DNA of 64,000 nt, from assembly GCA_002011735.1 (NCBI GenBank), contig MTOQ01000058.1:91-64090 (forward strand). Reading direction: 5' to 3'. The stretch is from Nitrospirae bacterium JdFR-81 (GTDB lineage: Bacteria > Nitrospirota > Thermodesulfovibrionia > UBA6902). The notes under the pieces were generated by a model. It was given only the letters and a program-made list of their open reading frames with translations, did not search any database and was not told where the DNA came from. This document shows, one piece after another, positions 1-9,819 of the stretch; position 1 is the first letter of the stretch, and each line of letters opens with the position of its first letter. Made by a program: the position numbers and the translations under genes.

Positions 1-395
1 CACTACTGATAATAAATATTAAAATAAAAACCAAATCCTAACTTAAATGATTTCTTAATGAATATACAAATATCCATGACTAATATATTAAATGATCCTT
101 GCTGATACTCCGGTGTGGGTATTCCGCCTCCGAAAGGGCAATCCCAGACTCGAAAAACTATATTGAATGAGGAGATGTCATCTATCATCCCTTTATTGTT
201 GGTGAATTGGCCTATGATAATCTTAAAAATAACCGAAATGCCCTCCATGCTCCAATCGCTTCCGATGGCAATACAGGCAGAACGTACTGTGTTTTCTCCC
301 TCCACCCTTCACAAACCCTTCATCATTTCTTCATCCTTTCTTCAAATACGGGGTGTATTATAAAGACAAGAACGGACTGGAAAGGAGGTAAAAGG

Positions 396-773
396 ATGAA
401 GAAGCTTTTAGTAGCACTCACACTGATTTCACTCGTTGCAGTAGGGGCAGTGGCTTATGGTCATGGGACAGGTGGCTGGGGCGGATATGGAATGGGCACT
501 GGCTATGGTGGCCACATGATGGGTTACGGTCATATGGGGCCGATGATGGGTGGATATGGCTATGACCAGAGGTTCCTTGACGAGACGGTTGACCTGAGAA
601 GGGAGCTCAATGAGAAGAGGTTTGAGTATTTTGAGGCCCTGCGTAACCCCCAGACAACCCCTGAGAAGATCGCTACCCTTGAAAAGGAGATCTACGAGTT
701 GCAGAGCAAGATCTATGAGAAGTCGCCCCGCACGGGCTTCATGGGCCCTGGCGGCTATGGTCACTGCTGGTAA
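396..773 (+). CDS. Secreted Gly/Met-rich protein with a ZraP/Spy/CpxP-like C-terminal helical domain
   Basis: Strong RBS GGAAAGGAGG precedes the ATG at 396, and the N-terminus is a signal peptide (MKKLLVALTLISLVAVGAVA). The middle is a GYG/MMG-rich tract. The C-terminal 'LxxKRFEYFEALRNP...EKI' matches the ZraP 'KRYEYNALLAANP...KI' region. It is a paralog of the gene at 22447-22965. Confidence 0.6.
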   Translation: MKKLLVALTLISLVAVGAVAYGHGTGGWGGYGMGTGYGGHMMGYGHMGPMMGGYGYDQRFLDETVDLRRELNEKRFEYFEALRNPQTTPEKIATLEKEIYELQSKIYEKSPRTGFMGPGGYGHCW

Positions 774-810
774 AGGAGCAAGCAGCCAGGGAGTCTCTCT
801 GGCTGCTCCT

Positions 811-1296
811 CTATCTCCTTCTGGTTATCTCAATCCCCCACCCTCTTAATCTGTCAATGATGTGGCTTATGAGGGTGTCAAACTGCATCTTTATCTCTTC
901 TGAGAGTTCTGTCCCTGTCTCCAGGGACCCTGGCTGGATCCCTATGAGGCATATCTCTTTAAGGGGGAGCCCCTTCATCCTTATGGCAAAGAACAGGTCA
1001 GAGAGCCCTATCTGGTGGACCGATATCTTGGAGCCCAGGATGGCAGGGATGCTGTCGCCATCTATAAGCTTGATCGTTCCAGGTGGCTTCTTGAGGTCAA
1101 CCGCATCGATTATGATGAGCCTTTCGATATCTTCAAGGAACGGCAAAAGGTCAAGGCCCATTGTGCCACCATCAATGAGCCTCACGCTATCAGGGAACCT
1201 GTATCTCTCCTTCAGCTCCTTTATTACATGAACCCCAACCCCATCATCGCCTGTGAGCAGGTTGCCTACACCCAGTATGCCAGCCCTCACTCCCAC
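811..1296 (-). CDS. Hydrogenase maturation endopeptidase (HyaD/HybD/HoxM family)
   Basis: The N-terminal GVGNLLTGDDGVG motif and the ~160 aa size fit the family. It is the last gene of the hydrogenase operon. Confidence 0.8.
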   Translation of the reverse strand: MGVRAGILGVGNLLTGDDGVGVHVIKELKERYRFPDSVRLIDGGTMGLDLLPFLEDIERLIIIDAVDLKKPPGTIKLIDGDSIPAILGSKISVHQIGLSDLFFAIRMKGLPLKEICLIGIQPGSLETGTELSEEIKMQFDTLISHIIDRLRGWGIEITRRR

Positions 1297-1949
1297 TCTT
1301 TGCCTGTCACAAACTTATAGCCACTGAAGATCGAGCCCATCAGTCCGTTTCTCTCCTTCAGGTCTGCATACCATGCCATGTAGATGTGCAGGAGGGCATA
1401 TGCCAGAATGACATACATGCCAAGATGATGGAAGAGTCTTATGGTCTGAAGGTGCATCACACCTGTAACCCATCCACCAAGGAGGATCCATATCTTGCCT
1501 GAATGATTCAGTGAATACATGGCGAATCCAGAGACTATCTGGAAGAGGAAGATGAGAAAGAGGATGAAATACACAACCCCTGCCAGCGCGGTATGGCCGA
1601 CTGCATAGGGGGGCTTACGGATTATGAAGAGATAGAACTTGATGGCATCAGCAATGTCACGAAGCTTCCTTGATGAAAAAGGGAACCACACCCTGTAGCT
1701 TGCGTATCTGTTGCCCATGAACGCCCAGTAGAGCCTGATTATTATGCTCATCATAAAGGTATAGGCTGCTATGAAGTGGATGAACCTCATCCATCCCATT
1801 ATGTACTGTTTTGATGAGATTGCATGGATGAAGGGGTTGCCGATGTAAAAGCCTGTGATCGAGAGGGTCAGCACGCAGAGGACATTGATCCAGTGCGTAA
1901 ATCTGACAGGAAACTCCCATGCATATACCCTCAGTCTCTCATTCTTCAT
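1287..1949 (-). CDS. Ni/Fe-hydrogenase b-type cytochrome subunit
   Basis: A 220 aa polytopic membrane protein with conserved His residues, sitting immediately downstream of the hydrogenase large subunit (HyaC/HupC-like context). Confidence 0.75.
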   Translation of the reverse strand: MKNERLRVYAWEFPVRFTHWINVLCVLTLSITGFYIGNPFIHAISSKQYIMGWMRFIHFIAAYTFMMSIIIRLYWAFMGNRYASYRVWFPFSSRKLRDIADAIKFYLFIIRKPPYAVGHTALAGVVYFILFLIFLFQIVSGFAMYSLNHSGKIWILLGGWVTGVMHLQTIRLFHHLGMYVILAYALLHIYMAWYADLKERNGLMGSIFSGYKFVTGKEWE

Positions 1950-1961
1950 AAAGGCCTCCCT

Positions 1962-3710
1962 TCAGATCACCTTTATCCTTGTTACCTCCCTGCCCTCGGG
2001 GTCAAGGACATGCACTGCACATGCCATACAGGGGTCAAAGGAATGGACCGTCCTCAATATCTCAACAGGCTGTTCAGGATCTGCAACAGGTGTCCCGATG
2101 AGGGCCGCCTCATAGGGACCCCTCTGATCCTTTGCATCCCTTGGAGAGCCATTCCAGGTGCTCGGGACAACACACTGGTAGTTCTTGATCCTCCTGCCCT
2201 CTATACTCAACCAGTGCCCGAGGGCCCCCCTCGGTGCCTCATGAAATCCATAGCCCCTTGCCTCCTTTGGCCATTCTGATGGGTCCCACCCCTCTCTACT
2301 GTGAATCCTCAGGTCACCCTTCTTCATATTCTCTGCAAGCTGCCCAAGCCATACAGGTATCTGCTCTGCCGTTACAAGGGTCTCAACCCCCCTTGCTGCA
2401 ACCCTTCCAAGGGTTGAAAACAGGGCCGAGGGGCCAACCCCCAGTTTCTGAAGCACACTATCTATGACCTCTTTCACCCTCTTGTGTCCTGATGCATACG
2501 CAACAAGCATCCTTGCAAGTGGGCCCACCTCCATGGGTTTGTCATCATACCTTGGTGCCTTGAGCCATGAATACTTCCCGTCTGTGTCAAGATACTCATA
2601 AGGTGGTTGTGGTCCGGTATACCTATAATTGGTCTCACCATCCCATGGGTGCTTTGAGGTCTTATTACCATCTGAGTATTCATACCAGGAATGTGTCACA
2701 TATTCGGTTATCTTTTCATGATCCACCTTATGGACCTTCGAGAGGTCCTTATTCAGTATGATACCCCTTGGAAGCCACAGGTTCTCTGTATTGCTGACAT
2801 TATCATTCGGGAATTCACCGTATGCAAGAAAGTTTCCAACGCCTCCTCCATAGCCTGCCCATTCCTTGTAGAAGGACGCGACTGCGAGCAGATCGGGGAT
2901 ATAGACCTTCTTGACAAACTCCAGGGCCTTCTCTGCAAGACCTGTCATAAAGGCGATGCTTCCTGCATTCAGGGCATTCTGACTATTGGGATCAATAGGT
3001 ATGGACATACCACCAACGATATAGGTCTGTGCATGGGGATTCTTTGCACCAAGCAATGCCTGCATCTTTATGACATCCCTCTGCCAGTCAAGGGCCTCAA
3101 GGTAGTGTGCCACTGCCATGAGGTTTGCCTCTGGAGGGAGCTTGTACGCAGGATGACCCCAGTATGCATTTGCAAATGGACCAAGCTGGCCCCTCTCAAC
3201 GAAGGCCTTCAGTTTATTCTGCACGCCCTTGAAATACTCTGTGCTCGACTTTGGCCAGTCAGATATGGACTGCGCGAGTGAGGATGTCTTCTTAGGGTCT
3301 GCCTTCAAGGCACTTACGATATCCACCCAGTCAAGGGCGTGGAGGTGATAGAAGTGGATCACATGGTCTTGGACATACTGTATCCCAGTGATAAGATTCC
3401 TTATGAGTCTTGCATTGTCAGGGATGGTTATGTTTAATGCATTCTCGACCGCTCTCACCGAGGCGGTTGCGTGAACCGTTGTTCAGACCCCTCATATACG
3501 CTGGGTGAAATACCATGCATCCCTTGGATCCCTATTCTTGAGTATGAGCTCGATCCCCCTGAACATGGTGCTTGAGCTCCAGGCATCAACCACCCTTCCA
3601 CCCTCCACCTTTGCCTCGATCCTCAGGTGGCCCTCGATCCTTGTTATGGGATCAATGACTATCTTCTTAGCCAACTCATTCACCTCCCTTTTCTTCCTTT
3701 TTTCCTTCAA
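1962..3710 (-). CDS. [NiFe] hydrogenase large subunit with two in-frame TGA codons at the N-terminal Ni-ligand cysteine positions
   Basis: Track ORFs 3492-3710 and 1962-3458 share one frame. The reverse-complement translation reads ...AWYFTQRI-TGA-GV-TGA-TTVHATASVRAVENAL... where the consensus is RxCGxCxxxH. The minus-strand UGA codons correspond to plus-strand 'tca' at 3492-3494 and 3483-3485. The C-terminal DPCMACAVH motif is intact, and ITRIEGH and HFYHLHALDWVD are present. The true start may be the internal GTG near 3683. Confidence 0.8.
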
Positions 3711-4773
3711 ATATGGCCCTTCCTATACCATGGATCAGGAGACCTGCTGCGGTGGCCACTGCAAGGCCTGCCCCGACCTTATCCGCGGTGCTCTCCACCC
3801 CAAACCCTGGCGGATTTGGCAGCCTCTTATAAAATGGGCTCATCTTGTCCCAGAAGTATGGTTCAGCACACCCAACACAACCATGGCCTGCCTGGACAGG
3901 CCAGCTTGTGCCTTCGTTCCATTTAATGGTTGGACAGTTATGGAAGGTCTCGGGCCCTTTACAGCCCATCTCATAAAGGCACCATCCCCTTCTGTGTCCC
4001 TCATCACCCCATCTCCTCACAAACTGCCCTGCATCAAAGTGCGCCCTCCTCTCGCAATTGTCATGGATTCTCTTGCCATATGCAAAATAGGGCCTCCCCA
4101 GTTTATCGGTGAGGGGGAGCGACCCGAATGTTAAGTAATGAACAATACACGCAGTGAGATTCTCTACATTCATGGGACAACCTGGCAGATTGATCACCGT
4201 TGCATTAGGCACCGCCTCCTTGACGCCTACTGCACCTGTAGGATTTGGCTGTGCTGCAGGGATGCCGCCATAGGCAGCACATGTACCCACAGCTATTGTG
4301 GCAAGTGCATTGCCACACACCTCTCTTACGATCTCAACGGCTGACCTGCCTCCGATACAACAATACACACCCCCATCCTTCAATGGAATGGAACCCTCTA
4401 CCACCACAAAGTATTTACCCTTATTGTTTTTAACCACATCCATAAGTGACTTCTCTGCCTGAAAACCTGCAGGCGCCATGATGGTCTCGTGATAATCCAC
4501 AGAGAGGATATCAAGGATGATCTGTGCAACAGTGGGCTTGGTTGCCCTTAGGAGAGACTCTGTATCTCCGGCGCAGTCCTGAAACTCAAGCCACACAAGA
4601 TAGGGCTTTTTTGCATTGGTGAGTGCCTCTGCCATCCTTGGTGCAAATGAGGCAGGAAGGGCAAGCAGTGCACTCATTGCAGTGCAGAACTTCATAAAAT
4701 CCCTGCGCGATACCTTTTTGTTGAGGAAGGAAAGGGTCTCTGTGGAGGGGTCTTTCTCTAATACAGGGTCCAT
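3676..4773 (-). CDS. [NiFe] hydrogenase small subunit with twin-arginine signal peptide
   Basis: The SRRDFMKFC Tat motif is present. Cys clusters match small-subunit Fe-S ligands (CxGCxE, GCPP-like, HxxCPxxKW, CxGCxEP). The C-terminal TM anchor is typical of membrane-bound group-1 enzymes. Confidence 0.85.
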   Translation of the reverse strand: MDPVLEKDPSTETLSFLNKKVSRRDFMKFCTAMSALLALPASFAPRMAEALTNAKKPYLVWLEFQDCAGDTESLLRATKPTVAQIILDILSVDYHETIMAPAGFQAEKSLMDVVKNNKGKYFVVVEGSIPLKDGGVYCCIGGRSAVEIVREVCGNALATIAVGTCAAYGGIPAAQPNPTGAVGVKEAVPNATVINLPGCPMNVENLTACIVHYLTFGSLPLTDKLGRPYFAYGKRIHDNCERRAHFDAGQFVRRWGDEGHRRGWCLYEMGCKGPETFHNCPTIKWNEGTSWPVQAGHGCVGCAEPYFWDKMSPFYKRLPNPPGFGVESTADKVGAGLAVATAAGLLIHGIGRAIFEGKKEEKGGE

Positions 4774-4909
4774 ATCACACCCCCTTTATTAATTGTGAGG
4801 CCAGACCTGAACAAAGGGTCTGTCTTCTTTGTTGGTCCAATCGCCTGAATCTACCTCATTACACCAATACCACAAATCAACATGGATGTCAAGCCTTTTG
4901 TTCAGGCCA

Positions 4910-5590
4910 TCAATCGCTGCCACTGCCGATCTCGTATCCAAGGCCAAAGAGATAGTGGAATGCCACATTGGGCACCTCTGCATGTCCATCCGCTATAGGG
5001 ACACGCATTGCATAGGATGCTGTCAGCTTTACCTCAAGCACCCCGAATAGCCCCCTCCATATATTGATCCTCTTGCCGAGCGCAAGTTGTGCCGTTGGCC
5101 CTGAGATGTAGAAACCATCAGGGAAGGACTCACCGTATCCCCTTTTTTCATCCCTGACCGTCGTCTCTGGATGCGTGAGGACGATACCTGCCCCAGCACG
5201 CCATATCAAATCATGGTATTCAGGCAATCTCCATGCCCTGTTGATAGTTATAAGGTTATATCCATGGGATATCTCGAAGTCCTGAACCTCCTCTGGGGGA
5301 TCCTTTAATATGATCTTTTCATGGACAAGTTCTATCTCCCATGCCCTGCCTTTATCCCATCTACCAACCCTCCACGCATAGTATGGTGAATTAAGGCCTG
5401 TCCACGCCTCTGAGTCGTATCTTGCGCTGTGGATCTCTATGGTCTCCTCACCTTCCTGCTTGATGGTCAGTGGTGTGGGAAGGTTGAATTGTTCCCCAAG
5501 AAAGACCTCAAAGGAATAGGTGCCTGATTCAGCAGGATGGGGGTAGATGAAGGAGCATATAAAGAGGATGGTTAAAAATACCTTTTTCAT
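4910..5590 (-). CDS. Hypothetical secreted protein
   Basis: It has an N-terminal signal peptide (MKKVFLTILFICSFIY) and no recognisable motif. Confidence 0.4.
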   Translation of the reverse strand: MKKVFLTILFICSFIYPHPAESGTYSFEVFLGEQFNLPTPLTIKQEGEETIEIHSARYDSEAWTGLNSPYYAWRVGRWDKGRAWEIELVHEKIILKDPPEEVQDFEISHGYNLITINRAWRLPEYHDLIWRAGAGIVLTHPETTVRDEKRGYGESFPDGFYISGPTAQLALGKRINIWRGLFGVLEVKLTASYAMRVPIADGHAEVPNVAFHYLFGLGYEIGSGSD

Positions 5591-5602
5591 GATAAACCCC
5601 GC

Positions 5603-6421
5603 TTAAAACCTGAACTCTGCCATCAGACCCGAGTATTCGTCATCTATAACAGGGATGATGGAGAGTCTCCCATTTTCACGGTCATGCAGACCCAGGATGG
5701 CCTTTGCCGTGAAATAACCGAGCCCTGCACCAAAGAACACATCAGATGCCCAGTGTTTATTGTCATTGACCCTTGACAGCGCAGTTAACGTGGCCATAGC
5801 GTAGGAGATGAAGGGCACCAGGGTGTTATCTCTATATTCTGATGCTATCACCGTGGCTATGGCAAATGCCGAGGATGAATGGCCTGACGGGAAGGAGAGG
5901 TCTGTACCGGAGAGGCCAGGGCCATCCCATTGTCTTGATGAATCACCGGAATCGGGTCTATGCCTGTGGCCGGTGAATTTTATGGCCTGCGTGAAGAGGC
6001 CTGTTATGGCAAAGCTCTCGATACCTAGAAGTGCGCATCTCTTCGCCTTTTTATCATTATAGAGGTGTCCATAAAGGTAAAAGAGTCCCAGGGAAGGGAT
6101 GGTATATATCCCCTCTCCAAAGGGCCTTGCCAGGTCGGATATCGTGTCAGTGGTGCTGTTACGATTCTCCTGTGCCCAGTCCTGGATATCCTCATCAAAC
6201 ACATACAGACCTGCTGTTATGCCCATAAAAAGTGCGGCCTTTAACCAGTCCCTGCCCTCCCACCTTGTTGGCGAGGTGATTAAGTGGCCTGTGTCAGTAA
6301 TAAATCCCCTCAGATATTGCCTGTCGAGGTCAACCCCGGCTGATTGTGCATGGGCCAAACCAGCACAGTTAAGTAACACAATGATTATAATGCCCCAGGA
6401 CAAAGCTCTTATCCTTACCAT
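5603..6421 (-). CDS. PAP2-family acid phosphatase / phosphoesterase
   Basis: A signal peptide plus the three PAP2 signature motifs: KFTGHRHRP, PSGHSS and SRVNDNKHWASD. Confidence 0.7.
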   Translation of the reverse strand: MVRIRALSWGIIIIVLLNCAGLAHAQSAGVDLDRQYLRGFITDTGHLITSPTRWEGRDWLKAALFMGITAGLYVFDEDIQDWAQENRNSTTDTISDLARPFGEGIYTIPSLGLFYLYGHLYNDKKAKRCALLGIESFAITGLFTQAIKFTGHRHRPDSGDSSRQWDGPGLSGTDLSFPSGHSSSAFAIATVIASEYRDNTLVPFISYAMATLTALSRVNDNKHWASDVFFGAGLGYFTAKAILGLHDRENGRLSIIPVIDDEYSGLMAEFRF

Positions 6422-6473
6422 CAGACCCTTCTGCCTTATAAGGCTGCTTAGAAGTATAACACAGTGGATATCG

Positions 6474-7388
6474 CTATTTAAATGTCTTCACACAATCGAG
6501 GTAGAGACCTGGCGGTTGATAATACTCAAGCAACCTTGAGGTCAAATGCAGTGGTTTTCTGTATCTGTCTGATCTCCTTGAGGCTGACTCGAATATCCTT
6601 GATAGATTAATGGACACAGCGGCATATATGTGACGGCTTGTCCTGTCATAATAATCCTTGTCATATACACTGTATCCACGGGTGAAATATCCTGCATGGA
6701 GCTCGACATAAGAGAGCACGCTGTCTTTAAGACTATTTATCCCTGAAAACTTGAACACCAGGAGGTGTTTCATGCCCGAATAATCGGTATCAAACCCTAT
6801 CTCTCCTGATCTCAGGAACCCCTCTGTTGGGAGGTATTCGATGCGGAAGTCTATAAGGTCATCAAGGGCAGGATATCGCTCTTCAAGGTATGCAAGTAAT
6901 GCACCTGCTGAATCCGCAGCAAGGTCACTCACACTGAAGTTGTATTGTGAGAAGGCATCACCAAACTCAACGAGTGTCATCAGTGACAACCCTACAAGCG
7001 GCCCCTGCCAGTCTGCATCCTCATCCTTTATACCTATGCTCCTGTAGACATGACTGAGGATGCGTGAGATTGCATATGTGCTGAAGGCATGTCCTGTCTT
7101 ATCAGCACCACCGTTTGTGGAGTAGCTTGCAAACCAGTGCTCATCCGTAAAGGTGATCTTCTTTGAAGGATGCTTCCACCAGTTTATGAGGCCATAGGTC
7201 ACCAGGATGCCTGCAAGTGTCCCGTTTATCAACCAGAACCTCTTGTTCACCCTGTCCGTGGCCTTATGCACCACCCCTGCGGTATCTTTATAACCGGTCA
7301 TCCCAGAGGCATACCCGATACGATATGCCTGGAGGGTGAATAAGAGGGTCAACAACAAGGAGGTTATGTATCGTGTCCCCTTCTCCAT
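6474..7388 (-). CDS. Hypothetical exported or membrane protein
   Basis: A 304 aa ORF with an N-terminal hydrophobic segment. I could not assign a family. Confidence 0.35.
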   Translation of the reverse strand: MEKGTRYITSLLLTLLFTLQAYRIGYASGMTGYKDTAGVVHKATDRVNKRFWLINGTLAGILVTYGLINWWKHPSKKITFTDEHWFASYSTNGGADKTGHAFSTYAISRILSHVYRSIGIKDEDADWQGPLVGLSLMTLVEFGDAFSQYNFSVSDLAADSAGALLAYLEERYPALDDLIDFRIEYLPTEGFLRSGEIGFDTDYSGMKHLLVFKFSGINSLKDSVLSYVELHAGYFTRGYSVYDKDYYDRTSRHIYAAVSINLSRIFESASRRSDRYRKPLHLTSRLLEYYQPPGLYLDCVKTFK

Positions 7389-7477
7389 AAACTATTTAAT
7401 CCATATAAAGACCCAGATTAAGGACGGGTCTGGATATATTACCAGAAGAAGGGGAAAAAGTGGCCTTATTGTCGGCA

Positions 7478-7510
7478 GGAATTAAAGGGGGCGGCCAGAT
7501 GACCGCCCCC
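7478..7510 (-). terminator. Rho-independent terminator downstream of groEL
   Basis: A GC hairpin with stems GGGGGCGG (7487-7494) and CCGCCCCC (7503-7510) around an 8-nt loop, followed on the minus strand by a U-rich tract. Confidence 0.5.
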
Positions 7511-7539
7511 TCGCTCTATCAACGGAGCCGCTGGTGGGA

Positions 7540-9192
<1,653 letters not shown>

Positions 9193-9197
9193 TTACT

Positions 9198-9488
9198 TTA
9201 TTTTTCGAGTATTCCGAGTATGTCATCCTCCCTGATGATCAGGTATTCGGTATTGTCGATATTTATCTTGGAGCCCGAATACTTCTCAAACAAGACCGTA
9301 TCCCCGACCTTCACCTCCATCTTCTGCACCTTACCATCATCCGTCACCTTGCCAGGTCCAACAGCGATGACCTCTCCCTTCTGTGGCTTCTCCTTGGCGG
9401 TATCAGGGATATAGATCCCTCCCGCACTCTTTTCAGGTTCATCAGAATACTTCACCAATACCCTATCCTTAAGTGGTTTGAACTTCAT
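9198..9488 (-). CDS. groES: Co-chaperonin GroES (Hsp10)
   Basis: 96 aa, starting MKFKPLKDRVLVK, directly upstream of groEL. Confidence 0.9.
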   Translation of the reverse strand: MKFKPLKDRVLVKYSDEPEKSAGGIYIPDTAKEKPQKGEVIAVGPGKVTDDGKVQKMEVKVGDTVLFEKYSGSKINIDNTEYLIIREDDILGILEK

Positions 9489-9565
9489 GGCCTCATCTCC
9501 TTTCTTTAATTTATTTTTTATATCCTGACAGGGCCGTCAGGATAGAGTGTGGCGGATAGATCTTG

Positions 9566-9592
9566 TTAGCACTCTGGCCTGACGAGTGCTAA
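9566..9592. promoter_or_regulatory. CIRCE operator (HrcA-binding inverted repeat) upstream of groES
   Basis: A perfect TTAGCACTC-N9-GAGTGCTAA match, followed by an A/T-rich -10-like TAATATAAT. Confidence 0.8.
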
Positions 9593-9766
9593 TATAATAT
9601 GTTTTGGTTTCTAAGACAAGGCCATAAAATGGCAGAAAAACCAGATAAAAAGGCTAAAATCTTTAAATAATACCTTTTTTCTTTAAATTATTCATTTTTA
9701 GAGAGTATTTTATGGTCTTTTCCCCTGCCCAGAGAAATGATCACCACCCCGGTATTTAATGATAAT

Positions 9767-9809
9767 TTAACATGGCCTTAACATTCCTGTAACATTTTAA
9801 GGGTATAAT
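9767..9809 (+). promoter_or_regulatory. Pho-box-type promoter of pstS
   Basis: Three 7-bp direct repeats at 11-bp phasing (TTAACAT-GGCC-TTAACAT-TCCT-GTAACAT, 9767-9795) take the place of a -35. A TATAAT -10 lies at 9804-9809, 10 nt before the pstS ATG. A phoBR pair is in the same cluster. Confidence 0.6.
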
Positions 9810-9819
9810 CTACACTGAT

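Noticed and set aside
3-305. 100-aa minus-strand ORF at the window start
   Set aside because: It lies in a very AT-rich leader with no RBS. The sequence is low-complexity, and the region is better explained as the promoter and leader of the Gly/Met-rich gene at 396.
1962-3710. Reading the hydrogenase large subunit as a broken pseudogene (two ORFs separated by stops)
   Set aside because: Both interruptions are TGA, both fall exactly on the two conserved Cys codons of RxCGxC, the frame is continuous and all other motifs are intact. Random decay would not do this.
3676-3710. 35-nt overlap of hydrogenase small and large subunit genes as a sign of frameshift
   Set aside because: It is more simply explained by the large subunit starting at an internal GTG (~3683), which gives a normal 8-nt overlap.
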